A DNA stretch of 64,000 nucleotides from an uncultured Chloroflexia bacterium (GCA_963797095.1 CAWCNY010000002.1:1306110-1370109), one strand, 5' to 3'. Numbered from the stretch's first letter, positions 1 through 10,620 are shown. The notes: generated from the sequence alone by a model not told the origin. Numbers and translations: made by a program.

Positions 1-83
1 TACTTTCGAGCGGCTTTTTGTGCCACGATCCTGGGATAGTTAGCCGGTAGTCGGTCACGCGTCCTCCGACTACCGGCTACAGT

Positions 84-1540
84 TTAGGCCATTTCTTCTG
101 CCGGGCCGCTTGTCAGGCCCGTTTTCTTTTGCCTGCGCTTCTTGATCTGCTCGGAGAGCCAGGGGAAGGAGAGGCCCAGGCTCGCCAGGGTGTTTAGCGG
201 CGCGAAGATATCTATGTTGCCCAGATTGAAGCCGCCGCTCTCCTGGGCCTGACCATCTACGGTCACCTGAACCAGTCCGGACCAGATCTGTCCTTCTATG
301 GATTGGTCGCTCCATGTGGGCTTGCCTTGAGCGACCAGGCTGACCAGCAGAGTCTGTGGGCCTTGCGTCTTAGGGCTTGCTATCCAGGTCCATTCCAGGC
401 GTTGCTCACTCATCCACTGAGATTGCTGTGGTTCAGCGGGCGAGATGTTGAACTCAGGGCCGTCCACGCTGGCGCTCAGGGTAGTGACACCGTAGTCAGC
501 CAGGGCCTCTTTTATGGAGGTGGCCTGGGTGTCGGCAGGCTCAACCAAAACGGTGATCGGAAGCGAGACATTGGCGTTCATATTGGTGGGGGCTTGTGTG
601 CTCACCCTTACTTTGGGCGGGCTTGCCTGTAGTAGTTGCTCTACTTTGACGACGCTTGCGAATCCAGGTGGCGAGAAGATGGCTGTGCCACCCCTTTCGG
701 CGCGTCCTGGAGGTGTTTGTGCTGCCTCAGGAGTTGAGGTTGGATGGGGGTATGTATATGGTGGGGTGGGCAGGATGTATCCCCCAGGTTTGACAGTAGT
801 AGTGCTTGTTGAAGTGGTAGTTGGCGTGTCCGTGGGGGTTGGGGTGAAGGATGATGCAGGCGTGCCGGTTGGTGAATGGGTGGGGGCGCTGGTCGCGACG
901 GTTGGAGTGAGCGTCATTGTATAGGTAGCTGTGGGCGGGTTAATGCGGGTAGGAGTGGGCGTGTGGGTGTTGGTGGCTGTGGGGATTGTCTCAACGGTGA
1001 CAGCCGCAAGGGGTGTCAGGGTGGCTGTTGGAGGCGCTATAGTAGGTGTCAAGGTTGGCGTGCCGGTTGGCGGTGGAGGAGGTACGGTTGGCGTGGGGGG
1101 AGTTACGACCGCTGTATCAGTTGGTGGGATCGCCTCTGTCTCTGTAGCCGTGGGACCGGTGGGTACCAGGGCGGTGTCTGTAGGTTGTAGGGACGTTGGC
1201 TGCTCAGGTGCGCTTGTTGGCGTTGCCAGCGGCTGGGTGGATGGCTCAGCCGTAGGGACGGCAGTGCTTGTGATTGCCTCAAGGGTCAATGCGGCGGTCG
1301 CAGATGGGATTGGCGTGGTGGTTAGGCCTGGGTGGTGGGCGTGGGCTGCTGGAAGGCAAGTGGCACCAGGGGGACAGGCTCTGATACGAGCATTGTGCGA
1401 CTCTGGCAAACGCACGCGCCGTTTTGCGTTTGAGTCGTAGGTCGAAGCGCGGCCTCGCCAACGCCGAGCACGATCAAGAACAGGCCAACAAGGGCCAACA
1501 GGCGGTTTGGTATTGCCCCGAGTCCCCTCCTTGTGCTCAA
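84..1540 (-). pseudogene. Thr/Pro-rich membrane-anchored surface protein with a C-terminal beta-rich domain; apparent 1-bp frameshift near 1330
   Basis: ORF 1322..1540 encodes a signal-like N-terminus (NRLLALVGLFLIVLGVG). ORF 84..1550 has a nonsense-looking N-terminus, then a T/P-rich linker, a globular domain and a hydrophobic/basic tail. One extra C in the CCC run (plus-strand GGG 1330-1332) joins the two in frame. Confidence 0.65.
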
Positions 1541-1753
1541 CTGAGTGCAAAATCGAGCGACTGGCGTAAGCTAGACCTCTAACTCGCGGAAACCGGCTTA
1601 TATCCGCTCATAACCAACCGAGCCTGTAAGAAAGGCTATTGCGCAAAGGTAATATTACCACGGTACAGGGGGCTTGCCTACCGGCAATTTACGGCATAGC
1701 TGGTTTTACGGATTTTGGTTCTTGAATTGGCGAAAAGTAGCCAATCTTTCCTA

Positions 1754-1811
1754 TTGATTTTCAGTATAGAAGATGCTAACATACATATGTACTTATAAAT
1801 ACATATGTATT
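1754..1811 (+). promoter_or_regulatory. Sigma-A type promoter overlapped by twin TACATATGTA palindromes (candidate operator)
   Basis: TTGATT (1754-1759), 17 bp spacer, then extended -10 TGcTAACAT (1774-1782). TACATATGTA lies at 1782-1791 and 1800-1809; the second extends to the perfect 14-mer AATACATATGTATT (1798-1811). Confidence 0.6.
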
Positions 1812-1826
1812 GTAATGGAGAAGACA

Positions 1827-2510
1827 ATGGCTCACCCCGCGACCTTTCAAATGCCCACTACCGATGCCCTTACCGGCCTGCTGACATCGCCATATTACCG
1901 GCACCTTTTGCGCGATGAATTGCTGCCGCAGGCAGAGCAATCAGGAGATCCGCTTACTCTTGTGCTGGTGGATGTGGACGGGTTTGAAGCTGTGAACAAG
2001 GCGCATGGGCGCAAGTGCGGCGATGACGTGCTTGTCACGGTGGCTCGTCTGTTGCAGGAGACTTTGCCGGAAAGCGCTCTTATCAGCAGGTACAGCGGCG
2101 ATGAATTCGCGGCTGCTCTGCCGGACACGCCACTGGATGATTGCTTTACGCTGCTTGAGGAGTTCCGGCGGAGAGTGGCTGCCTACCAGTGGGCAGATTG
2201 GCCTGGCTTGTCTGTCACTTGCTCGGTTGGGCTAGCAGCATACCCGGCGCACGGCCACGACGAGTCGGAGCTTGCCCGGCAGGGCGACGATGCGCTGTAC
2301 AATGCCAAGCTGACGGGGCGCAATAAGGTGTCGCTGCCGCTGGCAGACAGCCGTATGGTCACCAAGACCAGCCATTATACCGACGCCCAGTTGAAGCGCC
2401 TATCGCAACTGGCAAAGACTCTCAACCGCAAGGACGCGTCTTTGTTGCGTGAGGCGTTGGACGATCTACTCAAGAAGTACAACGACCGGTTGAATAGCCT
2501 GGCCGGATAG
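1827..2510 (+). CDS. GGDEF (SGDEF) domain protein fused to a C-terminal ribbon-helix-helix domain
   Basis: Motifs DALTGL, DVDGF..VN..HG...GD, RYSGDEF, SVG, ALYNAKLTGRN. The tail MVTKTSHYTDAQLKRLSQLAKTLNRKDASLLREALDDLLKKY has an RHH beta-alpha-alpha pattern. GGAG at 1817-1820 favours the ATG at 1827. Confidence 0.85.
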   Translation: MAHPATFQMPTTDALTGLLTSPYYRHLLRDELLPQAEQSGDPLTLVLVDVDGFEAVNKAHGRKCGDDVLVTVARLLQETLPESALISRYSGDEFAAALPDTPLDDCFTLLEEFRRRVAAYQWADWPGLSVTCSVGLAAYPAHGHDESELARQGDDALYNAKLTGRNKVSLPLADSRMVTKTSHYTDAQLKRLSQLAKTLNRKDASLLREALDDLLKKYNDRLNSLAG

Positions 2511-2594
2511 TAGATAGAAACGGATAAGAGTGCTGTGGGGCGGCTGCGGGACCTGCTTGACGTACCTTATCTTGCACGAATTGTCCCTTCCAGT

Positions 2595-2688
2595 TCATCC
2601 ACACGGTGGATAACATCCCCGATTTCTGAGCAAAAACCTCTTGCAATTGGGTTATATTAAGGCATTATCCAACGTGGAATTATCCACA
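2595..2688. promoter_or_regulatory. Cluster of DnaA-box-like 9-mers upstream of dnaG
   Basis: TTATCCACA perfect at 2680-2688; TCATCCACA 2595-2603; GGTGGATAA (rc TTATCCACC) 2605-2613; TTATCCAAC 2665-2673. Confidence 0.6.
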
Positions 2689-2777
2689 ATCACGCGCATA
2701 TACTCGCGCTCCCGGCCTACATTTTAGCTTAGCCTCCGCGATTCCCGCACTTCTGTAGCGACTACTCGCAACCCGCA

Positions 2778-4715
2778 ATGCAAGACGACGTTATCTTCGA
2801 GATCAAACAACGCCTCGATGTGGAGACGGTGGTGGGCGAGACCGTTCGCCTGAGCCGTACCGGGCGCAACCTCAAAGGGCTTTGTCCTTTCCACAGCGAG
2901 AAGACCCCTTCGTTCGTCGTGTATCCGAAGGATGGCTCTTACCATTGCTTCGGTTGCGGCCAGGGCGGTGATATCTTCACATTCATGATGAAGACGCAAG
3001 GGCTGGATTTCAGGGGAGCGCTGGAGAAGTTGGCTGGGCGGGCGGGCGTCGAGCTAAAACCTCGCAACGAAAGTGCGGCGGCCGAGGATCGCGCACGCGA
3101 GCGCTTGAAAGAACTCTGCGCTGCTGCCGCCACGTTTTACGCTAACCTCTTGCGCACCAACCCTGGAGCCGCTGCTGCCCGTGCCTACGCCGAAAAGCGC
3201 GGCATTACGCCTGCCACTATCGAGACCTTCGAGATAGGCTATGCGCCGGACTCTTTCGACATACTGGGCAATTATCTACTTGGCCGTGGCTATTCCTCGC
3301 AGGAGTTGATCGATGCGGGCGTGGTGGCCGAGCGCGAATCTGGTGGACACTATGACCGCTTCCGCAACCGTTTGCTTTTCCCGATCCGGGATGCTAAGGG
3401 AGCGGTGGTCGGCTTCGGTGGGCGGTCGCTTGGCGACTCTACCCCCAAGTACCTCAACTCGCCGCAGTCGGCGGTGTTCGACAAGAGCAGCATCCTGTAC
3501 GGGTTCGACCTCGCTCGCCCACACATCCAGCGTTCGGGGCAGGTGGTGATCGTCGAAGGGTACATGGACGTGGTGATCGCCCACCAGGCGGGCCAGCACA
3601 ACGTGATCGGCACAATCGGCACGGCACTTACGGATCGCCATGCGGACCTGCTCAAGCGCATCGCAAAGCGTGTGATCCTGTGTCTCGACCCGGATACCGC
3701 CGGGGACATGGCTGCCCTCAAGGGTTCAGAGGTGCTGCAGGAGCACGCCGAGCGGATCGCCATCCCGATTCGTGGTGAGCGCGGTCTCATGGGTGTGGAG
3801 CGCCGGTCCGATCTCGAAATCCGGATCATGCAGCTACCTCGCGGCGTCGATCCGGATGAGCTATTGTTATCCGAGGGCGGGCCTGCTCAATGGGACAACC
3901 TGCGAGAGTCTGCGCTGCCATTGGTAGACCATGTGCTGGGAGTAGCTACCTCGCGCTACGACACCAATACGGCGCACGGCAAGTCGGATGCGGTGGGTGA
4001 GCTTGCCCTCTTTATTCGCGAGATAGGCGACCCTATCCAGCGCGCCCACTACATACAGCGCGTGGCCTCGGCCCTTCGAGTTCCGGAGGACGCGGTGGAG
4101 GAAGCGGTAGGCAAGCGGCAGCGGCAGGCGGGCAGGAGGCCTGGGACGTATGATCGCAGACCGCCCACGCCAACCGGGCCTGATGCACAACCCGAAAGCG
4201 AAGCGCAAGGAGTACGCTCAACTTCCAGGATCGACGCGACCCCTGAGGAACACCTTCTGAGCCTGGTGCTTCGCTACCCACAGACAACATGGATGGCGGG
4301 CGTGCCTGTGCCGGAGGATTTTACCCGCCTGGAAAACCGCCTTATCTACGAGGCTATGGTGAGCGTGGCGTCTTCTGTCGATAAAGTATCCCCCAACGCC
4401 GAAGTGATTCGTGCCTCGGCACTTGATCAACTCGACCCCGCTCTCCAGCCTCACTTCGAGCGCATACTTACCCGCGAGGAGCCGGAGCTATATCGCTTCG
4501 CGCTCCCCTATGAATTGGAGAACCGCCTGAAGCGCCTGCGGCGCTACAACGACCTGATGTGGAACCAGCAGTGCGGGTTGATGATCCGCGAAGCTGAAAT
4601 GGCGGGCGATAACGAGACTATTGCCAAGCTGCTGCCCCTCTGGTCGCGCTCGCTCGCACGCTACCAGCACTATTACCCGAAGCAAAGCACCGTGTACCGC
4701 GACACCCGTGACTGA
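2778..4715 (+). CDS. dnaG: DNA primase
   Basis: CHC2 zinc finger CPFHSEKTPSF...HCFGC, DRFRNRLLFPI, KYLNSP, VEGYMDV, TOPRIM DPDTAG. Confidence 0.98.
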   Translation: MQDDVIFEIKQRLDVETVVGETVRLSRTGRNLKGLCPFHSEKTPSFVVYPKDGSYHCFGCGQGGDIFTFMMKTQGLDFRGALEKLAGRAGVELKPRNESAAAEDRARERLKELCAAAATFYANLLRTNPGAAAARAYAEKRGITPATIETFEIGYAPDSFDILGNYLLGRGYSSQELIDAGVVAERESGGHYDRFRNRLLFPIRDAKGAVVGFGGRSLGDSTPKYLNSPQSAVFDKSSILYGFDLARPHIQRSGQVVIVEGYMDVVIAHQAGQHNVIGTIGTALTDRHADLLKRIAKRVILCLDPDTAGDMAALKGSEVLQEHAERIAIPIRGERGLMGVERRSDLEIRIMQLPRGVDPDELLLSEGGPAQWDNLRESALPLVDHVLGVATSRYDTNTAHGKSDAVGELALFIREIGDPIQRAHYIQRVASALRVPEDAVEEAVGKRQRQAGRRPGTYDRRPPTPTGPDAQPESEAQGVRSTSRIDATPEEHLLSLVLRYPQTTWMAGVPVPEDFTRLENRLIYEAMVSVASSVDKVSPNAEVIRASALDQLDPALQPHFERILTREEPELYRFALPYELENRLKRLRRYNDLMWNQQCGLMIREAEMAGDNETIAKLLPLWSRSLARYQHYYPKQSTVYRDTRD

Positions 4716-4840
4716 CCTGGATGCGGGGGAGACGGTGCGGTGACGAATTATCCTCAAACTCGGCAAGCTCACCCTCGTGAGCCACAAGCATTTAGTTAGA
4801 GACGGACTAGAGTTTTTAGTAGAGATAGAGAGGGAAAGAG

Positions 4841-6400
4841 ATGGCGACAGCGGAATCAATTCACGGTATGGATATGCCGGAACCCACAAACTCCGGCGCG
4901 ACCAGGCAACCCAGGCTTAATAATATCACCCTGTTCCCGGTTGATGACCTGCTTCGTATGGGGCGGGTCCATGATCATGACTCGCACGATGATCGCGGGC
5001 TGGACGCTGATCCGCATGATCCTATGCTGCATTTCGGCCTCGGCCTGGACGATGCCATGGGTCTGGGTATGCCCGACCTTACAGATGATGGAGCTGGCCT
5101 CCGTGAAGAGGACGACGTTCATATTGACGCCGTGCTCGACATGGAGGGGGTGAGTATTGACGACCCTGTGAGGATGTATCTGCGGGAGATAGGGCGCGTT
5201 TCGCTCCTCACAGCCGACCACGAAGTCTCGCTCGCCAAGCGTATAGAGCGCGGGGAGGCCCTGGGCAATTTCCTGAGGGATCTTGAGGACCAGTACGGGT
5301 TCACGCCACCGCCTGAGATCATTTGCCTGGAAGTGTATGAATGGCTGGTTACCCACTGGCGTATGCTGGAGGAGGTATACAAGGTCCAGTACTCCGATGC
5401 TACCCCCGGCTCGCGCCGCACTCTGCTCTTATCGCTTTCGCCTGCCGATACTATTGACCAGGGCCTGCTGCGCAAACTGGCCGTTATGGAGGGGTGTAGT
5501 CCTGAGCGAGCCGCCGAAGTGGTGCACGATACATTACTTACTTCGCTTATGCTCCCTGAGCCTTTGCAGCTTGCATTTGACGAGGGGAACTGGCCCGATA
5601 ATGAAGGTCTTGCCGATATTCTTCTCAGTATTGAAGAGCAACTGCAAAATCATTGGCGAGAGATATTAGAGGATGGCTGCAAGGCTCGCAAGCACCTGGT
5701 GGAGGCCAACCTGCGGCTTGTGGTGTCGGTCGCCAAGAAGTACACAGGGCGTGGTATGAGCCTGCTCGACCTGATCCAGGAGGGGAACCTGGGGCTGATG
5801 AAGGCGGTGGAAAAATTCCGCTATAGTAAAGGTTATAAGTTTTCGACTTATGCAACATGGTGGATACGGCAGGCCATCACGCGAGCTATCGCCGACCAGG
5901 GCCGCACTATCCGCATCCCTGTACACATGCACGAAACGATCAACCGGGTGCTGAAGACCTCACGGCGTCTCATGCAAGAGATCAGCCGCGATCCGACCGC
6001 TGAAGAGTTGGGGTTGGCGGTTGGCATGCCCCCGGATAGGGTACGCGAGATCCTCAAGATACACCAGGACCCTATCTCTCTTGAGACGCCCATCGGTGAG
6101 GAAGAGGACAGCCACCTGGGCGACTTTATCGAGGATCAAAAGGCGGTTGCGCCATCAGATGCGGCATCTCAGCATTTACTGCGCGAGCAACTGAACAGCG
6201 TGTTGAATACCCTCAGCAAGCGCGAGCGACGGGTGTTGCAATTGCGCTATGGCCTGGAAGATGGCAGGCCGCGCACCCTTGAAGAGGTGGGGCGCGAGTT
6301 CAATGTCACCCGCGAGCGCATACGCCAGATCGAGACCAAGGCCCTACGGAAACTTCGGCACCCCTCGCGGGCAAAGAAGTTGAAGGATTATGTGGATTAG
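4841..6400 (+). CDS. rpoD: Primary RNA polymerase sigma factor (sigma70/SigA)
   Basis: [56 protein letters not shown]; lies downstream of dnaG. Confidence 0.97.
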   Translation: MATAESIHGMDMPEPTNSGATRQPRLNNITLFPVDDLLRMGRVHDHDSHDDRGLDADPHDPMLHFGLGLDDAMGLGMPDLTDDGAGLREEDDVHIDAVLDMEGVSIDDPVRMYLREIGRVSLLTADHEVSLAKRIERGEALGNFLRDLEDQYGFTPPPEIICLEVYEWLVTHWRMLEEVYKVQYSDATPGSRRTLLLSLSPADTIDQGLLRKLAVMEGCSPERAAEVVHDTLLTSLMLPEPLQLAFDEGNWPDNEGLADILLSIEEQLQNHWREILEDGCKARKHLVEANLRLVVSVAKKYTGRGMSLLDLIQEGNLGLMKAVEKFRYSKGYKFSTYATWWIRQAITRAIADQGRTIRIPVHMHETINRVLKTSRRLMQEISRDPTAEELGLAVGMPPDRVREILKIHQDPISLETPIGEEEDSHLGDFIEDQKAVAPSDAASQHLLREQLNSVLNTLSKRERRVLQLRYGLEDGRPRTLEEVGREFNVTRERIRQIETKALRKLRHPSRAKKLKDYVD

Positions 6401-6966
6401 GGATTGTGTGCCTCCAACGGCACCATTTCGCCTGCCTCTACTGCGATTGCCAATTTATTCTGGGGTGGCGGATATGGGCAGTTGTACCTGGGGCTGAACG
6501 CGCACAGCGGGTTGTATGCTCTGTTGAAATCGAGGATATAATTATCGCCATCGTGCCTCTCTATATCGAGGTAACGGCCCGCACCGTAGGTTTCTTTACC
6601 GGTGGTGGCGTCCTTGAAGGGCACGAATAGCTCGTCGAAGCCGGGCGGCTCCGGGACCATCCTGTATGCCGTGAGCCTGCCCTCTTGCCCATCTACCTCG
6701 AATATGAGGGTGCCATATACGTGGAAATCGCGCAGATCGCCGATAGAGGTTTGTAATTGGACGTGCGCCCCTGTGCCGGGCGCGTCTCTATCGAGGCGGG
6801 CTGGGATGCGCCATTTCTCGTTGATCGGAAACCACCTGGGTCCCTCGAAGCCTTCATGTACGGCTAAGCCTCGCCAGTTGAACTGGTTGAGGAAATAGTC
6901 GGTGGCTTCCTCGCGGGATTCTTCAAGCTCGATTTGCCATGCCACTTGATTGAAGGGATCGTCCAT
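6397..6966 (-). CDS. DUF1684 family protein
   Basis: [21 protein letters not shown]...[23 protein letters not shown] signature. ATG 6966 preferred. Confidence 0.85.
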   Translation of the reverse strand: MDDPFNQVAWQIELEESREEATDYFLNQFNWRGLAVHEGFEGPRWFPINEKWRIPARLDRDAPGTGAHVQLQTSIGDLRDFHVYGTLIFEVDGQEGRLTAYRMVPEPPGFDELFVPFKDATTGKETYGAGRYLDIERHDGDNYILDFNRAYNPLCAFSPRYNCPYPPPQNKLAIAVEAGEMVPLEAHNP

Positions 6967-7055
6967 GATTAGGGGTGTCCTTTTGGTGAACCACAAAAGC
7001 ACAAAGGATGCACGAAGACGTGTTTATGAGTTGTGTGCATTCTTTGATTTGAATA

Positions 7056-7892
7056 TCATGTAGTGAGTGAAGATGCGATTAATTGGAGGGCGGCACCAGC
7101 TGGGGCTTCTAGTTTCATTGAAGCCTCGGCGTCGGCGCGGGTCTGTCCCATGTTCAGGATGAAAAGAGGCTTGCCCTCCTGGCGGGCCGTGCGTGCAAGC
7201 CTGTAACCTGACCAGACGGTGAGCGACGATCCCACCACGAGCAGCGCATCGCTCTCTGCCACGGCCTGTATTGCTTTCTCTGTCTTCTCGGCGGGAACAG
7301 GTTCGCCAAAGAAAACTACGGCGGGCTTGAGCCAGCCGCCACAGTGGGGGCAGGTCGGCACGATCACGCCTTCGCCTTCTCCTACCTCGTCGGCGGGGAG
7401 GCGCAGGTGGCGGTTATCCCACTCGAGACGTTTTTGTGTTTCCGGGCGCGGCTCTCTGAAATCGCATGATATGCACTGGACGGTGCTGTTCTCTCCATGA
7501 AGCTCCACCACGCGCCGGCTGCCTGCCTTTGTGTGCAGGCGGTCTACATTTTGCGTAACGAGGTAATGGAGATGCCCTGTGTGCTCCATAGAGGCTAAGG
7601 CAAGATGACCCTTATTGGGCTGAGCGTCCCGGAAGCGCGAGTAGCCGTTAAGGCTGCGTGCCCAGTAGCGTCTCCGCACCGCCGCACTCCGTACATAATC
7701 GGCGAAGTAGATCGGTGTGTGTTTGGCCCACATGCCCTGCGGGCTGCGATAGTCGGGTATGCCGGACTCTGTGCTGATTCCTGCCCCTGTAAGGGCCACC
7801 AGGCGGCGAGTGCGCGCCAGGGCTTCGGCTAGCGGCGCGACCAGGTTTGCTAGCTCCTCATCACCGGCAAGTGTCGGGGCTTCCTCTATCAC
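7056..7892 (-). CDS. cobB: NAD-dependent protein deacylase, Sir2 family (class II-like)
   Basis: GAGISTESGIPDYRS, TQNVDRLH, ELHG, CxxC...CxxC, KPAVVFFGE, GSSL. Confidence 0.9.
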   Translation of the reverse strand: MIEEAPTLAGDEELANLVAPLAEALARTRRLVALTGAGISTESGIPDYRSPQGMWAKHTPIYFADYVRSAAVRRRYWARSLNGYSRFRDAQPNKGHLALASMEHTGHLHYLVTQNVDRLHTKAGSRRVVELHGENSTVQCISCDFREPRPETQKRLEWDNRHLRLPADEVGEGEGVIVPTCPHCGGWLKPAVVFFGEPVPAEKTEKAIQAVAESDALLVVGSSLTVWSGYRLARTARQEGKPLFILNMGQTRADAEASMKLEAPAGAALQLIASSLTT

Positions 7893-7923
7893 ATCTACAT
7901 TATACCAGAGGTGTCAGGCAGAT

Positions 7924-7961
7924 AAGAGAAGGGGACTTGCCAAGGCAAGTCCCCTTCTCTT
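7924..7961. terminator. Intrinsic terminator hairpin
   Basis: AAGAGAAGGGGACTTGCC-AA-GGCAAGTCCCCTTCTCTT, a perfect inverted repeat downstream of the 749-aa gene. Confidence 0.8.
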
Positions 7962-7995
7962 CCAAAACCCGCGCACGAGTTACAGGCTTTGGGGG

Positions 7996-10245
7996 TCAAT
8001 CGTCAATGGTCATGTTCTTTCGCCTTACGACGGCTATGCCCATTCCGAACAGTACCGTTGCCAGGCCCAGGGTTGCTATTGCCATCAAGAACTGGGCTAC
8101 AGCTTCGCCTGTCAGTGGGAGGCCACCGCCACCCGTGCATGGCATGCCGACTGCTCCACCTGTTCCACCTGTTCCACCTGTTCCACCTGTCCCTCCTGTG
8201 CCTGTTCCTCCGGTCTGACCACCACAGCCGGTTTCCGGTGATGCTTCAGCTACGAGGGTATACGTAGGTGTTGGAAGCACCGGTGTGCTGGTTGGAACTT
8301 CGGTAGATGTAGGCGGCGGTGTAGTAGTTGGCGGTATTGGTGAAGGTGTGTCGGTCGGGATCACAGGTGTGCTCGTGCTGGTAGGTGTCTCGATCACTGG
8401 CGTAGGTGTATCGCTTGCTACTTCGGTAGGCGTGTCAGTAGGCGTGTCAGTAGGCGTATTAGTTGGAGTATTGGTGGGCGTCTCGATCACTGGCGTAGAT
8501 GTGTCAGTAGGCGTGTCGGTAGGCGTATTAGTTGGAGTATTGGTAGGTGTCTCGACTATGGGAGTGCGTGTGTTAGTTGGAGTATCCGTTGGAGTGTTGG
8601 TAGGTGTGTCGGTAGGCGTATTGGTTGGTGTGTCGGTAGGCGTATTAGTCGGAGTGTCAGTTGGGGTATTGGTATGCGTGCTAGTTGGAGTATCCGTTGG
8701 AGTACTGGTCGGAGTATCCGTTGGAGTACTGGTCGGAGTGTCAGTAGGTGTATCAGTTGGGGTATTGGTGGGTGTTTCCGTAGAAGTAGGCGTGTTTGTG
8801 CTGGTTGCTGTATTGGTCGGAGTGCTAGTTGGGGTGTCTGTAGGCGTATCTGTAGGCGTGGCCGTATTCGTCGGTGTCTTGGTTGCCTTGGTGGGTGTAT
8901 TAGTTGGCGTCTTTGTAGAAACGTGAGGGGTGCTCGTTGGCGTCTTGGTCGCCTTGGTAGGCGTGTTGGTTGGAGTTTTCGTACTGGTGGCGGTGTTGGT
9001 TGGTGTATTAGTAGATGTGGCGGTATTGGTTGGCGTGTCGGTGCTGGTAGGCGTATTCGTAGCCGTCGCTGTGTTGGTCGGAGTATCCGTGGAGGTAGCT
9101 GTGCTAGTGGACGTGTCTGTAGGCGTCGATGTGTTGGTGCTTGTCCTGGTAGGAGTACTTGTCCTGGTAGGGGTGCTGGTCTTATGAGGCATCGTCGCCG
9201 TTCTTGTAGGGGTCTTGGAAGGTATGGTCTTGGTGGGCGTCTTTGTCTTGGTGGATACGCGGGTAGGCGTATCGGTAGGCGTGTTCGTATTTACCAGAGG
9301 TGTGTTTGTAGTGGTGGGTGTATTCGTCGGGACGGTGGGAGTAGAAGTCGCGCAATAAGAACCACCATGACTGTCGTCCTTGAGCCGCGCACCGTACCGC
9401 ACGCCGCCGTGGAAGTCGTGGATGACTTCACCGCAGAACGCATCTGCCTGCCACCGGCATGAAGGCAACTCCGCCGACAATGTCACTGTCTCACCAGGAG
9501 CTATATTGTACTGCTGGAAATCGTGCAGTATTTGGTCTTCGATATCGCCTGTTATGTCTTCATAGCTTGCGATGCCGATCAAGAAGCTGCATGTAGTAGA
9601 GTTGTTGTGGAACGTAGCCTGGATCGAGTTGCCGACGACATGCAGGCCCTGGGTCAGCACAACGTCGTGGATACAGTCGCAGGGGACTGCCGTGGCGGTC
9701 GAGGTAGGCGTGTTGGGTACGGGAGTTCTGGTCTCGGTGAAGGTAGGGGGTACACGCGTGTTTGTAGGATGGACCGGCGTGGCGGTAGGATTGTGTGTAT
9801 CAGGATCGCGCGGCTGCCCCTCAGGAGGTGTAACCGGTTGGGGGCCGGGGTTGCTATCCGGGGGCGTGCCCGGTTGCGTATCCGGCGGTGTGACAGGTTG
9901 AGTGTCCTGGGGTGGGGTGCCAGGTTGGGCACCCACGCCGGGCTGTCCATCCGATTGCCCGCTTGTCTGTCTTCCGCTTCCTGCACCAGACTGCCGATCA
10001 TTCTGCCCATCATTCTGCCCGCTTGTTTGTGTGTCGGTTTGCCCGCCGGTCCGGGGAACGTCCGCACTCCGTTCTCCTCGACCCTGCGCGTAGGTCGCAG
10101 GCTGCCCAGGTGTCAGCTGCACCTGCACACTGCCGATTATGCCTGTAACCGCCAGCAATGCTAGCAGGGTCACAAAGGCGATCAACCAGTTGCGGTACTT
10201 GCCTGTGAAGAGCCTGATTAGAATCTGCTTGATCTCGTGCTTCAT
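7996..10245 (-). CDS. Thr/Pro-rich cell-surface protein with a Cys-containing globular domain and LPXTG-type sorting signal
   Basis: N-terminal hydrophobic helix; ~110-aa Cys-rich domain; ~370 aa of TPT(N/D/S) repeats; C-terminal LPLTG, hydrophobic helix and RRK. Confidence 0.85.
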   Translation of the reverse strand: MKHEIKQILIRLFTGKYRNWLIAFVTLLALLAVTGIIGSVQVQLTPGQPATYAQGRGERSADVPRTGGQTDTQTSGQNDGQNDRQSGAGSGRQTSGQSDGQPGVGAQPGTPPQDTQPVTPPDTQPGTPPDSNPGPQPVTPPEGQPRDPDTHNPTATPVHPTNTRVPPTFTETRTPVPNTPTSTATAVPCDCIHDVVLTQGLHVVGNSIQATFHNNSTTCSFLIGIASYEDITGDIEDQILHDFQQYNIAPGETVTLSAELPSCRWQADAFCGEVIHDFHGGVRYGARLKDDSHGGSYCATSTPTVPTNTPTTTNTPLVNTNTPTDTPTRVSTKTKTPTKTIPSKTPTRTATMPHKTSTPTRTSTPTRTSTNTSTPTDTSTSTATSTDTPTNTATATNTPTSTDTPTNTATSTNTPTNTATSTKTPTNTPTKATKTPTSTPHVSTKTPTNTPTKATKTPTNTATPTDTPTDTPTSTPTNTATSTNTPTSTETPTNTPTDTPTDTPTSTPTDTPTSTPTDTPTSTHTNTPTDTPTNTPTDTPTNTPTDTPTNTPTDTPTNTRTPIVETPTNTPTNTPTDTPTDTSTPVIETPTNTPTNTPTDTPTDTPTEVASDTPTPVIETPTSTSTPVIPTDTPSPIPPTTTPPPTSTEVPTSTPVLPTPTYTLVAEASPETGCGGQTGGTGTGGTGGTGGTGGTGGAVGMPCTGGGGLPLTGEAVAQFLMAIATLGLATVLFGMGIAVVRRKNMTIDD

Positions 10246-10620
10246 GGTCTCGTGCTCCTAACCTGCTTGGACGCCCTATGCGTATTGAACGCACACGACG
10301 ACCTGTGCGTGCACGCCTGTCTTCTGTAAGGCGTTGCACACCGTCTACTAACGTGCCCGATTATTCGATTGTTGGACTTTGCTGGGGCTACCGTTACGCC
10401 GTGCGGGGTGGCGTAAACTGGCTCTCAGACCCGGTCTTCCATCGCGGAAGCGGCCTACGATGAGCGGGGTAGCATGTTTTGAGTATGCGGGAAATGTGAT
10501 TGAGAGAAAAGTAAGAGCCGCTCGATGTAGCCGTATATTCAGTTGGATTTATGCCTTTGGTGGGTGTTACCGGTTGTAGGAAACCGATACACCAATCCCA
10601 TAGGCACGCTAGGCTAGCCC

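Noticed and set aside
1590-1630. TACAGGC...TATAAGCC shared between the leaders of the first gene and the 1230-aa gene (~19788-19797)
   Set aside because: Two short words with different spacing; cannot be distinguished from chance by eye.
1773-1826. Upstream ATG extension (MLTYICTYKYICIV) of the GGDEF ORF
   Set aside because: It is the translation of the promoter/operator palindromes; the RBS supports ATG 1827.
7056-7892. Sir2 protein as an anti-phage (Thoeris/DSR-type) effector
   Set aside because: It is a canonical zinc-binding sirtuin deacylase with no defence partner genes.
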